Virus record (IMG/VR): IMGVR_UViG_3300025141_000022
Coordinates: 96,001-160,000 of that record
Source: a virus
Direction: 5' to 3' (one strand)
Length of the DNA: 64,000 bases
Shown here: positions 16,517-26,535 of the stretch, in pieces
Position numbering within the stretch: the first letter of the stretch is position 1
How the letters are laid out: every line of letters begins with the position of its first letter
Position numbers and translations under genes: made by a program
Notes under the pieces: generated by a model
The model's input: only the letters and a program-made list of their open reading frames with translations
Told to the model about the DNA's origin: nothing
The model's database searches: none

Positions 16517-17233
16517 ATGGGATTTGGAAGCGGAGGCGGCTTTAAGGGCGGCGGAACAAACTTATCAGACTTAGATGTAGATTCTGGTACTATAAGCGTA
16601 GATACAGACAATAACAGGGTGGGCATTGGAACAACATCTCCGAGCCATACACTTGTTGTGGACTCCAATAGCGGCGAAGAAGGATTGCAGGTCAATGGAG
16701 CGCGGAATCAATATGCCGCAAGCATCCGTTCAAGCACGCGGACTGGAGAGGGCTACGGCCCCTACTTTCGCGGTGGAACCAACTCGTCTGATGCGGCATT
16801 GACAATCGATAGTGCAGACGGCACATCCAACTACCTGAAGATTCGCGGTGATGGCAACGTAGGGATTGGAACGGCAAGTCCTGACTGCACACTTCATGTC
16901 GCAGGAGCAGCAGCGTTCTCTGGACCAAGTGAGACGTTTGCCACGTTCAGTGCATCAGACACCACTCCATCAGTTTCGTCTGCTAACTTATTCAAGACGC
17001 ACGCTAGCACGCAGACTTTAACAATGTTTGATGATGGCATCACCGGCCAAACAATCACGATCATTTCAACAGCCGCTGTTACATATGATGTGACAAGCAC
17101 CAACTTAAAAGGCGGCTCGACAAACATAACAACTGCTAATGGTGATGTCACTCAATGGATTTTTGACGGAACGAACTGGTATCTATTATCTTGGATGGAC
17201 GTTAGTGCAAATTTATCTAGCGGCGGATTTTAA
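16517..17233 (+). CDS. Short fibre/adhesin-like virion protein
   Basis: Two VGIGT.SP repeats typical of phage fibres; shares an approximately 85-aa module with ORF 17252. Confidence 0.75.
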   Translation: MGFGSGGGFKGGGTNLSDLDVDSGTISVDTDNNRVGIGTTSPSHTLVVDSNSGEEGLQVNGARNQYAASIRSSTRTGEGYGPYFRGGTNSSDAALTIDSADGTSNYLKIRGDGNVGIGTASPDCTLHVAGAAAFSGPSETFATFSASDTTPSVSSANLFKTHASTQTLTMFDDGITGQTITIISTAAVTYDVTSTNLKGGSTNITTANGDVTQWIFDGTNWYLLSWMDVSANLSSGGF

Positions 17234-17251
17234 TAGATTAAGGAGTAACCA

Positions 17252-20200
17252 ATGTCGAAATATGGATGGGCGTATATATCACTTGATACACTGCAATCTA
17301 ACGGTTCCCCGACCGGCTCATTGCAGTTTTATGTTAACAAGACTACAACTTCAGGAAGCCAAAAGCTGCTATGGCTTACGGCATCAAACACTTTTGTTGT
17401 TGGTGCTCCCCATACATATGATATTGGCGCAACTAACCCAAGTGGTCCAGGCTGCGCTATGCAGGTTATTGGTGATGTTCATGTCACCGGAGCAATTAGA
17501 GCAACAGAATATTACGTTCAAACAGTATCTTCTAGCGTAACATATGCGGCCGGCTCACATAAATTTGGTGATGATTCCAACGATATACATCAAGTTACTG
17601 GTAGTTTAAGATTAGCAGCGGCTAGTGCGCTCATGGTCAGTGGGAGCACCACTTTGGGCGATGCCGCATCCGATGTTACCACCTTAACCGGCCAAGTTAC
17701 TGCCTCTGCCGGCGTTCTTCTTAATAGTACTTTAGATGTTGCCGGAAACACAACTTTGGGCAACGCGAATACTGATGTAGTAACATCGACGGCGCAACTA
17801 ACAGCATCTTCAGGATTAGTTGTGCTTGGGTCTGACGGATTGGTTGTTGCCAATGCGATCCCGGCACAATTCTTAGGAAACACAACCTTGGGGAACGCTG
17901 CCTCCGACGTTATTACTATGACAGGCCAACTGACGGCCTCAGCACCAGTTCTTCTTTCTGGTGAAGAAATTAAACTTGGAAATGCTGCCGCCGATGTTGT
18001 TACGCTGGTTGGTCAGATGACCGCATCGGCCGGAACTCAATTTGTCGGTCCTGCAGAATTTCAAGGCAACGTATCTCTCGGTAATGCTGCAGCCGATAAA
18101 ATCACGTTAACAGGCCAGATGACCGCATCGGCCGGAACTCAATTTGGCGGACCTGCAGATTTTCAAGGTAATGTAACCCTAGGTAACGCTGTTTCTGATG
18201 TTATCACTGTAACAGGTCAAGTCACTTCTTCACATGAAGCTTTGTGGAGTTCAAACTTTATAATGAACGACGACAAAAAGCTTTATTTTGGAATCGGAAA
18301 AGATGCCCACATTGAATATGACGAAGACGGCGCAGACATCTTAAGAATCTCTGGACCAACCGTGGGAACCGCAATTAGCGGCTCAGTGGCTCTAAATGCT
18401 AGCCAGTACTTAAACTTTGGAGCCCTATTCGGAACAAATGGATATGGAATCAGAGATAACAGTGGTGTAATTGAATTTAAGAGTTCTGGCGGAACTTGGG
18501 AGACAATCGCTGATACGGACAATTCAGGCTCTGCCTTGGTTCACTCTACTGCACTCATGGTGACTGAGGGAGACTTAAGAGTTTCTGGTTCAGCCACTCT
18601 TGGTAACGCCGCCGCAGATGTTATTACGATGGTGGGTCAACTAACTGCCTCCAATGGAGTTTCTTTCACCGGGCCAGATATTAATTTTGGAAATGCGGCC
18701 TCAGATGTTATTACACTAACAGGCCAAATGACAGCCTCTAATGGAGTTCAATTCACGGGCCCTGTAGATTTTCAAGGTAATGCAACTCTTGGCAATGCTG
18801 CTTCAGATGTTGTTACAATAACTAGTCAGGTCACGGCATCAAATGGAGTTCAGTTTTCCGGGCCTACAGATTTCCAGGGCAATGTGACTCTTGGTAATGC
18901 TGTTTCTGATATCGTCACATTGACAAGCCAACTCACTGCATCTACCGGGATTCGTTTAAACGATGATGTAAGACTAGCTCTTGGTACAGATTCCGACGCC
19001 GACTTGAGGCATAATGGGACCAATCTTGTTTTTGATAACTCCACTGGACACTTTATTGTTGATAACAGAGCAGTTGATAAAGATATTAGACTTATTCTGG
19101 GTACCGATACCGCCGATACTAAGTTTGCAGTTAGGGATAATAGCGGCAACAACCTATTTGCTGTCGGCGGCAATGGCAATCATACTATCGGCAACACAGC
19201 AGCCGACGTTATTACTATAACGGGCCAAGTTACTGCTTCTAACGGTGTTCTCCTTAATAGCACTTTAGATGTTGCTGGCAATACAACCTTGGGTAATGCC
19301 GCATCCGATGTTATCACTCTAACGGGCCAAGTTACCTCTTCAGCAGGGATGTTGTTAAATTCCCACATCTCAGCCAGCTTTGTTACAGCGTCATACTTTA
19401 AGGGAGATGGTTCCCAGCTTACAAATGTTAGTGCTGTTGGTACTTCTGGCTCTGCTTTATTGCATTCTACTACTCATATGGTGACTGAAGGTGCCCTAGG
19501 CGTATCTGGTTCTTCTGTTCTTATGGGGTCAGTGGGGATTGGGACGGACAGCCCTTCTCACACTTTACAAGTTGATTCGAATTCTGGGGTAGAGGGCCTG
19601 CAAGTTAATGGCGCCCAGAACCAATATGTTGCCAGTTTTAGGGCGAATACAACCACAGGAAAATCCTATGGCCCTTATGTGCGCGGAGGTACGAACTCTT
19701 CCGATGCTGCATTGATAGTAGAAAATGCCACTGGAACAACATCATTCCTCAAAATAACTGGTGAGGGCAAACTCGGTATCGGTGTTTCAGATCCAGATCA
19801 ACAGCTTGAAGTAGGGGGGAACATACATCTTTCCAGCGAAGTGACTGCTCCATCTGCTCCCTCCGCCGGCGATGGTGGTATTCTATATGTTAAGGCAAAC
19901 GGAAAACTGTATTGGATCTCTGATGATGTAGCGGAGACAGATCTCACGGCCGGCGGAGGAGGCTCAGCCTCTGGGTCCGCCGAAGTTCATTCTACCACAT
20001 TTATGGTGACCCAAGGGGCCTTGAGGTGTTCAGGTTCAGCCACATTGGGTGACGCTGCCTCAGACGTTGTTACACTAACCGGTCAAGTTACCGCTTCTGC
20101 AGGAACGTTCTTAAATGGTCATCAGATCATCAAAAGAGTCGCAAAAACATCAAATTATAGCGCCGGCGCCACTGATTATTTGATTGGAGTTAATTCCGCC

Positions 20201-20422
20201 GGCGGCACTGTGGATATTACAATCCCTTCTGCTGGTAGTACTGCTGCAGGACGAACTCTTGTAATTAAAGATGAGGGCGGATCGTCAGCATCCAATAGAA
20301 TTCGAATTACAGGCTCTAATGACGGAGACTTGATTGACGGCTCTCAGTATGTTGATTTAGAATCCGCATATGCGGCCTTGACGCTGTACTGTGACGGTTC
20401 TAATAAGTGGTATATTCTCTAA
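17252..20422 (+). CDS. Long modular fibre protein (1056 aa)
   Basis: 13 copies of (T/V)LGNAAxDVITLTGQxTAS, plus GDGSQLTN, VGIGTDSP and a C-terminal IKDEGG...IDG...L...W cap domain. Confidence 0.8.
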   Translation: MSKYGWAYISLDTLQSNGSPTGSLQFYVNKTTTSGSQKLLWLTASNTFVVGAPHTYDIGATNPSGPGCAMQVIGDVHVTGAIRATEYYVQTVSSSVTYAAGSHKFGDDSNDIHQVTGSLRLAAASALMVSGSTTLGDAASDVTTLTGQVTASAGVLLNSTLDVAGNTTLGNANTDVVTSTAQLTASSGLVVLGSDGLVVANAIPAQFLGNTTLGNAASDVITMTGQLTASAPVLLSGEEIKLGNAAADVVTLVGQMTASAGTQFVGPAEFQGNVSLGNAAADKITLTGQMTASAGTQFGGPADFQGNVTLGNAVSDVITVTGQVTSSHEALWSSNFIMNDDKKLYFGIGKDAHIEYDEDGADILRISGPTVGTAISGSVALNASQYLNFGALFGTNGYGIRDNSGVIEFKSSGGTWETIADTDNSGSALVHSTALMVTEGDLRVSGSATLGNAAADVITMVGQLTASNGVSFTGPDINFGNAASDVITLTGQMTASNGVQFTGPVDFQGNATLGNAASDVVTITSQVTASNGVQFSGPTDFQGNVTLGNAVSDIVTLTSQLTASTGIRLNDDVRLALGTDSDADLRHNGTNLVFDNSTGHFIVDNRAVDKDIRLILGTDTADTKFAVRDNSGNNLFAVGGNGNHTIGNTAADVITITGQVTASNGVLLNSTLDVAGNTTLGNAASDVITLTGQVTSSAGMLLNSHISASFVTASYFKGDGSQLTNVSAVGTSGSALLHSTTHMVTEGALGVSGSSVLMGSVGIGTDSPSHTLQVDSNSGVEGLQVNGAQNQYVASFRANTTTGKSYGPYVRGGTNSSDAALIVENATGTTSFLKITGEGKLGIGVSDPDQQLEVGGNIHLSSEVTAPSAPSAGDGGILYVKANGKLYWISDDVAETDLTAGGGGSASGSAEVHSTTFMVTQGALRCSGSATLGDAASDVVTLTGQVTASAGTFLNGHQIIKRVAKTSNYSAGATDYLIGVNSAGGTVDITIPSAGSTAAGRTLVIKDEGGSSASNRIRITGSNDGDLIDGSQYVDLESAYAALTLYCDGSNKWYIL

Positions 20423-20526
20423 AAAATATTTTATTCAATTAATCGCTATATAGTGGCGACTCTTGGAATCTTTTTAAATTGTGTAAAAAAAGCTGAAAAG
20501 TAGATCGGATATTTCATAGAGATGCG

Positions 20527-20534
20527 ACTAAATA
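20527..20534 (+). promoter_or_regulatory. Putative late promoter (ACTAAATA variant)
   Basis: Intergenic, 84 bp before ORF 20618; resembles the T4-type late promoter TATAAATA. Confidence 0.55.
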
Positions 20535-20617
20535 TAAGTGAAGAGAGTGGGGGTGCTTTCGCGAGTGCCGCTCGTTCATTCGGGTTTTTTATTTAAATAA
20601 TGGAGGGAAACAAATAA

Positions 20618-21997
20618 ATGGCTTATAAAGTAAATATAGGATCATTTGACAGTGTTGGGCAAATAACAGCTTCCGCTGGCATAATGATCGCAGACGATCA
20701 AAAGATTGTTCTCGGAGCAAACGAGGACTCTACGATTGAGTATGATGAAAATGGGGCTAATGCGGTTCGTTGGACTATTCCAACAGCCGGATTATGGCTT
20801 TCGGGGAATGTTAGTTTTGCAGATGGATCATTTGACGTTGATATTGCGTCTCACGATACTAGCAATGGTCTTAAGCTTGGCGGCGTGCTCGTCTCAGCGA
20901 CCGCTGCTGAACTAAACAAGCTTGACGGCTACAGTGGAACAACTGGCGAGCTTAACTATGTGGACACCGGTGTGTCTGTTGGTACTGTTGCTGCTTCTAA
21001 AGCAGTCGTAGTGGACGCCAACAAAGAAATTACTGGCTTCACAGCTATTACTGCATCGTTCTTTAAGGGCGACGGTTCTCAGCTTACAAATCTGCCTGCT
21101 GGCGGTGGTTCTGGTTCTGCCAATATTCACGCAGACGACTTCATGGTATCTGAAGGGGTTTTGAGATGTTCAGGATCGGCTATTTTTGGTAATGCCGCTG
21201 CTGATGTTGTTTCAGTGGTCGGACAGATGACAGCTTCTGCTGGCGTGTTGTTCACAGGCCCAGACATCAAGTTTGGTAATGCTGCTGCTGATGTTGTTTC
21301 AGTGGTCGGACAGATGACAGCTTCTGCTGGCGTGTTGTTCACAGGCCCAGACATCAAGTTTGGTAATGCTGCTGCTGATGTTGTTACGTTAACTGCACAG
21401 GTAACTGCTTCTGCTGGTGTCAAGTGTTCATCAACTTTTGAAGTTGCTGGAGCCGCAGAATTTGATGGTGATGTCGAACTAGGTAATGCTGGAGCAGACA
21501 CAATTGACATCAAGGGACAGGCATCAGCTTCTGCTGGTCTTTCTATCAAAGACGACATCAAGCTTGGGTTTGGTAGCAACGATGATGGTCAGATCTGGTA
21601 TGATGAAACCGGCGCAAACATTATGCGTTTTGCTATTCCAGCAGGCGGACTTGCTATGAGTGGTACCGTTGATATGGTTGAGAGTGCAATTATCTCTCAG
21701 GCAAAATTGCGTGGTGCTTCGGTTTCTGGCGATACAACAATTGCTGATAACAACTACTACACAATCTGGGTAGTCAACACATCTGGTGGATCACACACCA
21801 TCACTTTGCCAACTGCGGCTGATAACCTAGGTCGTGTTATTATCGTTAAAGATGGTAGTGGCCACGCCGCTAGCAACGCTCTGACAGTTGATGGAGAAAG
21901 TTCCGAAACCATCGATGGTCAAGCTAGCATCACTATTGATTCAGCCTATGGTGCTGTATCATTATGGTGTAATGGCTCTGCATGGCTTATCTGGTAA
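20618..21997 (+). CDS. Modular fibre protein, paralog of ORF 17252
   Basis: Four GNAxAD repeat units, ATAAELNKLDG and GDGSQLTNL motifs, same C-terminal cap type (TLPTAA...IIVKD...TIDG...L...W). Confidence 0.8.
   Translation: MAYKVNIGSFDSVGQITASAGIMIADDQKIVLGANEDSTIEYDENGANAVRWTIPTAGLWLSGNVSFADGSFDVDIASHDTSNGLKLGGVLVSATAAELNKLDGYSGTTGELNYVDTGVSVGTVAASKAVVVDANKEITGFTAITASFFKGDGSQLTNLPAGGGSGSANIHADDFMVSEGVLRCSGSAIFGNAAADVVSVVGQMTASAGVLFTGPDIKFGNAAADVVSVVGQMTASAGVLFTGPDIKFGNAAADVVTLTAQVTASAGVKCSSTFEVAGAAEFDGDVELGNAGADTIDIKGQASASAGLSIKDDIKLGFGSNDDGQIWYDETGANIMRFAIPAGGLAMSGTVDMVESAIISQAKLRGASVSGDTTIADNNYYTIWVVNTSGGSHTITLPTAADNLGRVIIVKDGSGHAASNALTVDGESSETIDGQASITIDSAYGAVSLWCNGSAWLIW
21185..21385 (+). 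repeat. 87-bp in-frame tandem repeat (29 aa), about 2.3 copies
   Basis: 21185-21271 and 21272-21358 differ at one base (gcc/gct); a third partial copy starts at 21359. Confidence 0.92.
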
Positions 21998-22018
21998 ATC
22001 AAAGATAGATACACTTCT

Positions 22019-22050
22019 GAGGGCACCTTCTATGGGTGCCCTCTTTTTTA
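22019..22050 (+). terminator. Intrinsic terminator after the fibre genes
   Basis: GAGGGCACC-ttctatg-GGTGCCCTC followed by a T run. Confidence 0.88.
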
Positions 22051-22080
22051 CATCAAAAACGGCTTTAAAAGATTTAAGTT

Positions 22081-22088
22081 ACTATTTA
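22081..22088 (+). promoter_or_regulatory. Putative late promoter of the scaffold/capsid operon
   Basis: ACTATTTA between the terminator and ORF 22151. Confidence 0.6.
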
Positions 22089-22150
22089 TTTTTGACAGAA
22101 AACCATTTTTTTGAGTAATAGTGTTTTTTTTTATTTTTAGGAGATTATAG

Positions 22151-23254
22151 ATGTCATCAATGTTACAGCAGGCTATTATAGACGCATCGGCCTTAAGAGA
22201 GGCCGCCGTTAAAAACGCAGAAGCCGCTATTATTGAAAAGTACACACACGAAATTAAGAATGCCGTAGATTCCCTTTTGGAACAAGAGGAAGAATTAGGG
22301 CTAGAAGAAGATCCTTTGGCTATGGAAGAGCCTGGAGCCGAAGAAGCTCCTGCCGCAGTTCCCGAAGCCCCAGCGGCGCACACCGAGGGAGAAAATCTTT
22401 GCCCCTGCCCAGAAGATGAGGAGGAAGTGGAGATTGTTTTTGATGAGTTGGCAAGCCAATTTGCTGCAGAACAGGATGTTGGCAAGTCTCATGAAGAGTT
22501 AGCCGGCGGCATTCCACAAGCCGCGCCCCCTACACCTCTAGGAGAGGGCAATAAGAAGGAAGAAGAAGTTGTCGAAGAAGAATTAGTCGAAGAAGGCGAC
22601 GAAAATGTCGAAATCTCAGAGGAGCTATTAAAAAGTGTTATTTTTGAACTCACTGAAGACGAAAATGTTGAACTAGATGACGACAAGGTTAAAGAAATAG
22701 CAGAAAAGCTAGCTGTAGATATTAAAGTTGTGCCAAATGCACCAAATGCAGCCGCTCAGTTTACACCATCTGGCGAACAAGAGCATGCAGCCGACTTAGA
22801 ATTGGCCGCTCAGCAAGATGACGAGTTAGCTGAAGAAAACGACGAACTCAAGAAAGCTGTAAAAGAACTTGAGGAAAATATTAAAGATTTAAAAACTGAA
22901 AACAAGAGATATAAAGATACTGTTTTGCAATTAAAGGATAAATTTGACGAAGTGAATCTTTCAAATGCAAAACTACTATATACGAACCGAGTATTGGAAA
23001 GCACCTCCTTGAATGAGCGACAAAAAGAACAAATTGTCGAAACTCTTTCAAATGCCAGTTCGATTAGCGAGGCGAAGGTTATTTTTGAAACACTTCAAAG
23101 CACAGTGGGAGCTTCTACTAAGAAAACTCCACAATCACTGAGCGAAGCTGTGACAAGAGGAGCCTCAACCATGCTGCCTAGAAGGCAAAAAAGACAAAAT
23201 GTTAACGATCCAACAACGACTAGATGGAGACAACTAGCCGGGATCGAAAAATAA
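22151..23254 (+). CDS. Prohead core scaffold protein (gp22-like)
   Basis: Highly acidic with many L/I-x-E sites, coiled coil, C-terminal RWRQLAGI, immediately upstream of the capsid gene. Confidence 0.8.
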   Translation: MSSMLQQAIIDASALREAAVKNAEAAIIEKYTHEIKNAVDSLLEQEEELGLEEDPLAMEEPGAEEAPAAVPEAPAAHTEGENLCPCPEDEEEVEIVFDELASQFAAEQDVGKSHEELAGGIPQAAPPTPLGEGNKKEEEVVEEELVEEGDENVEISEELLKSVIFELTEDENVELDDDKVKEIAEKLAVDIKVVPNAPNAAAQFTPSGEQEHAADLELAAQQDDELAEENDELKKAVKELEENIKDLKTENKRYKDTVLQLKDKFDEVNLSNAKLLYTNRVLESTSLNERQKEQIVETLSNASSISEAKVIFETLQSTVGASTKKTPQSLSEAVTRGASTMLPRRQKRQNVNDPTTTRWRQLAGIEK

Positions 23255-23271
23255 AAAGGAGAAAACAAAAT

Positions 23272-25131
23272 ATGTCTGTATTAGAACGTTTGACAGAAGG
23301 TATCGTTGAACGCAATCTTGGCCAGGAAGGTGCTGCTCTACTTAAGAAGTGGGAAAGAACCGGACTGCTTGAGGGTGTTCGTAACGATCATGAAAAACAA
23401 ACAATGGCTCGCTTGCTTGAAAATCAAGCTAGAGAGCTTCTACGCGAATCTTCTACCATGGCCGCTGGCGATGTTGAAGGTTTTGCAGCCGTTGCATTTC
23501 CGATTGTTCGGCGTGTATTCGGTGGCTTGATTGCTAACGATCTCGTTAGTGTTCAGCCAATGAGCCTCCCATCGGGACTTATCTTCTTCCTAGATTTTAA
23601 GTATTCCCCAGATGCTGGTGGCAACGCCAGTGGTGGTGATTTCCCCCGTGTCGGTGTCAATGAGGATACATCACTTTATGGTGGTGGCCGAGTTGGTGCT
23701 CAGATCACAGGTGGTGTTGATCTAACTCCATCTGGTTCAACAGTTGCAGGTGCTGGCGCTTCACGCGATCACAGTTTCTACAACTTAGGTTCAGGTTACT
23801 CTAGCCCAACGGCTTCGGTTGACTTGACCATCACTTGTATCGCATCCGGTACTCTCGGAGCAGTTACTTCTAGTAACATGGTGTCCTTGACACATGCTTC
23901 TATTGGTGCTAGCACCGTTACAACCTCTCTTGAGGAGCTTTGCCGATACGATCCAGATCTTTCTGGTTCCGTCGTCACAGTTTGTACAGCACCCGGTGTT
24001 GCTGGCTTAAGCCAGATGAACCGCCTCAACTTAATCGCAATGCAACCCGCTCAGGGTGATGAGATTGATGTTGGTAAGGCTAAGTTGGTTCGTCGTCTGA
24101 CTCACCTTCGTGGTAAGTCTGCTGCTGCAGCTACAACTTCACCTGAAGGTCTGTCTCTAATCAACGCAACCGACACATCTCTTGTGTTCGTTTTCGAAGG
24201 TGGAACAGGTCTGAACGAGGGCGCAGTTGCTGGTGAGACAACTGGTACCATGACGGTCGATTTCCCAATTGATGATGACTTCATTGCAGGTCCATCCGTT
24301 GGTTCGGTTGTTGGTGATGCTACATGGGGACTGGAAGCCAATCCAGACATCCCAGAGATTGACATCGACGTTAGTTCGGTGGCTATCACTGCGATGACCA
24401 AGAAGCTCAAGGCTAAGTGGTCACCAGAGTTGGGGCAGGATCTTAACGCCTACCACAACTTGGATGCAGAGGTTGAGCTAACTGGTATTCTTTCTGAGCA
24501 AGTTGCTCTTGAAATTGATCGTGAGATTCTCAACGATCTTGTTCAGGGTGCTGCTGCCGGAACTTATTACTGGTCACGCCGCCCCGGTCGATTCACCGAC
24601 CGTGTTACTGGTAGACACATTAATGTCCTAGGTGAAGGTACTTCAGCTACGGATGTCGGTGGACCTGAGTTCACTGGTAATGTGTCTGAGTGGTATGAGA
24701 CACTTGTTGAGACAATCAACGATGTTTCCGCTCAAATTCATCGTAAGACTCTACGCGGTGGAGCTAACTTCTTGGTGGTTTCCCCAGAAGTTGCTAACAT
24801 CCTTGAGTTCACAAGTGGATTCCGCGCTAGCGTAACCCATGATGATGATAAGGGCTCTGTTGGAGCAGTTAAGGCTGGCTCTATTTCTAAGAAGTGGGAC
24901 GTTTGGGTTGACCCATACTTCCCCCGCAATGTGATCCTTGTTGGTCGTCGCGGAAGCAGCTTCCTAGAAAGCGGCTATGTTTACGCTCCATATGTACCAC
25001 TACAGATGACTCCCACCATCTTTGGACCAGAGGACTTCGTGCCCCGTAAGGGCGTGATGACTCGCTATGCCAAGAAGATGGTACGTCCAGATATGTATGG
25101 TGTAGTCGTTGTCCAGAACTTGTTAGGCTAG
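23272..25131 (+). CDS. gp23: Major capsid protein (T4 gp23-like), 619 aa from ATG 23272
   Basis: LVSVQPMSLPSGLIFFLDF, KKLKAKWSPELGQDLNAYHNLDAEVEL, EIDREIL, YAPYVPL, PRKGVMTRYA; AGGAG RBS. Confidence 0.97.
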   Translation: MSVLERLTEGIVERNLGQEGAALLKKWERTGLLEGVRNDHEKQTMARLLENQARELLRESSTMAAGDVEGFAAVAFPIVRRVFGGLIANDLVSVQPMSLPSGLIFFLDFKYSPDAGGNASGGDFPRVGVNEDTSLYGGGRVGAQITGGVDLTPSGSTVAGAGASRDHSFYNLGSGYSSPTASVDLTITCIASGTLGAVTSSNMVSLTHASIGASTVTTSLEELCRYDPDLSGSVVTVCTAPGVAGLSQMNRLNLIAMQPAQGDEIDVGKAKLVRRLTHLRGKSAAAATTSPEGLSLINATDTSLVFVFEGGTGLNEGAVAGETTGTMTVDFPIDDDFIAGPSVGSVVGDATWGLEANPDIPEIDIDVSSVAITAMTKKLKAKWSPELGQDLNAYHNLDAEVELTGILSEQVALEIDREILNDLVQGAAAGTYYWSRRPGRFTDRVTGRHINVLGEGTSATDVGGPEFTGNVSEWYETLVETINDVSAQIHRKTLRGGANFLVVSPEVANILEFTSGFRASVTHDDDKGSVGAVKAGSISKKWDVWVDPYFPRNVILVGRRGSSFLESGYVYAPYVPLQMTPTIFGPEDFVPRKGVMTRYAKKMVRPDMYGVVVVQNLLG

Positions 25132-25162
25132 TCCGAAACACGATTTGAACAGCAAATCATTT

Positions 25163-25205
25163 AAGCCCCCACATTAGTTTTAATGTGGGGGCTTTCTGTT
25201 TATTG
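25163..25205 (+). terminator. Intrinsic terminator after the capsid gene
   Basis: AAGCCCCCACATTA-gttt-TAATGTGGGGGCTT (14-bp perfect stem) followed by a T-rich tract. Confidence 0.92.
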
Positions 25206-25207
25206 AA

Positions 25208-25215
25208 ACTACTTA
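25208..25215 (+). promoter_or_regulatory. Putative late promoter of the neck operon
   Basis: ACTACTTA immediately after the terminator, 20 bp before ATG 25236. Confidence 0.6.
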
Positions 25216-25235
25216 ATGTAGGAGATTCTATATAA

Positions 25236-26522
25236 ATGCCAACAACCCTAAGCCCCTCAAGTGACACTAATACCATTGTTTTGCCCATTACGGGCTCTGT
25301 AACGGAAGTTGCTTCTGCTTGTCCGTTTGGAATCTACACAGGTTCTGCTGATTTTCTATCCGGTGCAACGGATCAGATTGCATACACATACAAGAAATTA
25401 GGCGGAGATGTATTAGATATAGAGTTGTCTTCTTCACAAGTTTATGCGGCATATGAAGAGGCCGTATTAGAATATTCATACATCGTAAACATACACCAGA
25501 CCAAAAACACTCTTTCCACTTATTTAGGCCACACAACAGGTACATTTAATCATAATGGAGAGCTTAAATCAGGAACTTTGTCTTCTAGCTTAAGTGGAAC
25601 CCACGCTGCACTTAAATATCCAAAATACGAGATATCGTATGCAAGAAGAGTTTCTGACGCATTCTCAGGAGAGGCCGCCGTTGGTGGAAGTCAGACAATG
25701 TATTCTGCCTCGTTCAGTATTACGGCCAGTCGTCAGGATTATGATCTACAGAATATCATTTCTGGCGCTGCTGAGTCCAATTATGACGATGGAACTGGCA
25801 AAACAGTGCCATACGCAGGAAAAGTGGGTTCCAAAAAGGTTAAAATTCACAAAGTCTATTATAAAACTCCAAATGTTATGTGGAGATTCTTCGGGTATTA
25901 TGGCGGCGTTAACACGGTTGGAAATCTTGGTAATTATGGTATGTTTTCGGACGACTCAACGTTCCAGATTATTCCGTCTTGGCAGAACAAGATGCAGGCG
26001 ATAACATATGAGGATAATATCTTCACTAGGGTGTCGCACTATTCGTATGAGATTGTCAATAACAAATTAAGGTTGTTTCCAACGCCCCAGGGGCCCACTG
26101 CTGATACATTTTGGGTGACGTTTACGATCCCCGAAGATCCTTTCGTAGATGATTCTGATGTAGATCATGGTATTAGCGGAATCAACAATATGAACACTAT
26201 GCCATTTGAAAATATACCTTATGGGAATATCAACTCAATCGGAAAGCAATGGATTAGGCGATTTGCTCTATCATTAACAAAGGAAATGTTAGGTCAAGTT
26301 AGAGGAAAATTTGCAACTATCCCCATACCCGGCGAATCCGTCACTCTCAATGCAGCAGAATTGTTATCTCAAGCAAAAGAGGAGCAAGAAAAGCTCCGAG
26401 AAGAGCTTAAGACAGTATTGGATGAACTTACTTATGCAAAGATTATGGAAACAGATGCCCAAATGATGGATTCTGCTGGAAAGATACAGGAAAAAGTGCC
26501 ATTGGCGATCTTTGTAGGATAG
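25236..26522 (+). CDS. Neck protein / head-tail adaptor (gp13-like)
   Basis: LGGDVLDIEL...AYEEAVLEY at the N-terminus; QWIRRFALSLTKEMLGQVRGKF...PG..VTLN at the C-terminus; position after the capsid gene. Confidence 0.8.
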   Translation: MPTTLSPSSDTNTIVLPITGSVTEVASACPFGIYTGSADFLSGATDQIAYTYKKLGGDVLDIELSSSQVYAAYEEAVLEYSYIVNIHQTKNTLSTYLGHTTGTFNHNGELKSGTLSSSLSGTHAALKYPKYEISYARRVSDAFSGEAAVGGSQTMYSASFSITASRQDYDLQNIISGAAESNYDDGTGKTVPYAGKVGSKKVKIHKVYYKTPNVMWRFFGYYGGVNTVGNLGNYGMFSDDSTFQIIPSWQNKMQAITYEDNIFTRVSHYSYEIVNNKLRLFPTPQGPTADTFWVTFTIPEDPFVDDSDVDHGISGINNMNTMPFENIPYGNINSIGKQWIRRFALSLTKEMLGQVRGKFATIPIPGESVTLNAAELLSQAKEEQEKLREELKTVLDELTYAKIMETDAQMMDSAGKIQEKVPLAIFVG

Positions 26523-26535
26523 GGAGGGATAGAGC

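Noticed and set aside
17252-21997. CRISPR array or DGR template suggested by the periodic repeats
   Set aside because: The repeats are in-frame protein-coding units with synonymous variation. There are no unique spacers, no adenine-specific mismatch pattern and no reverse transcriptase in the window.
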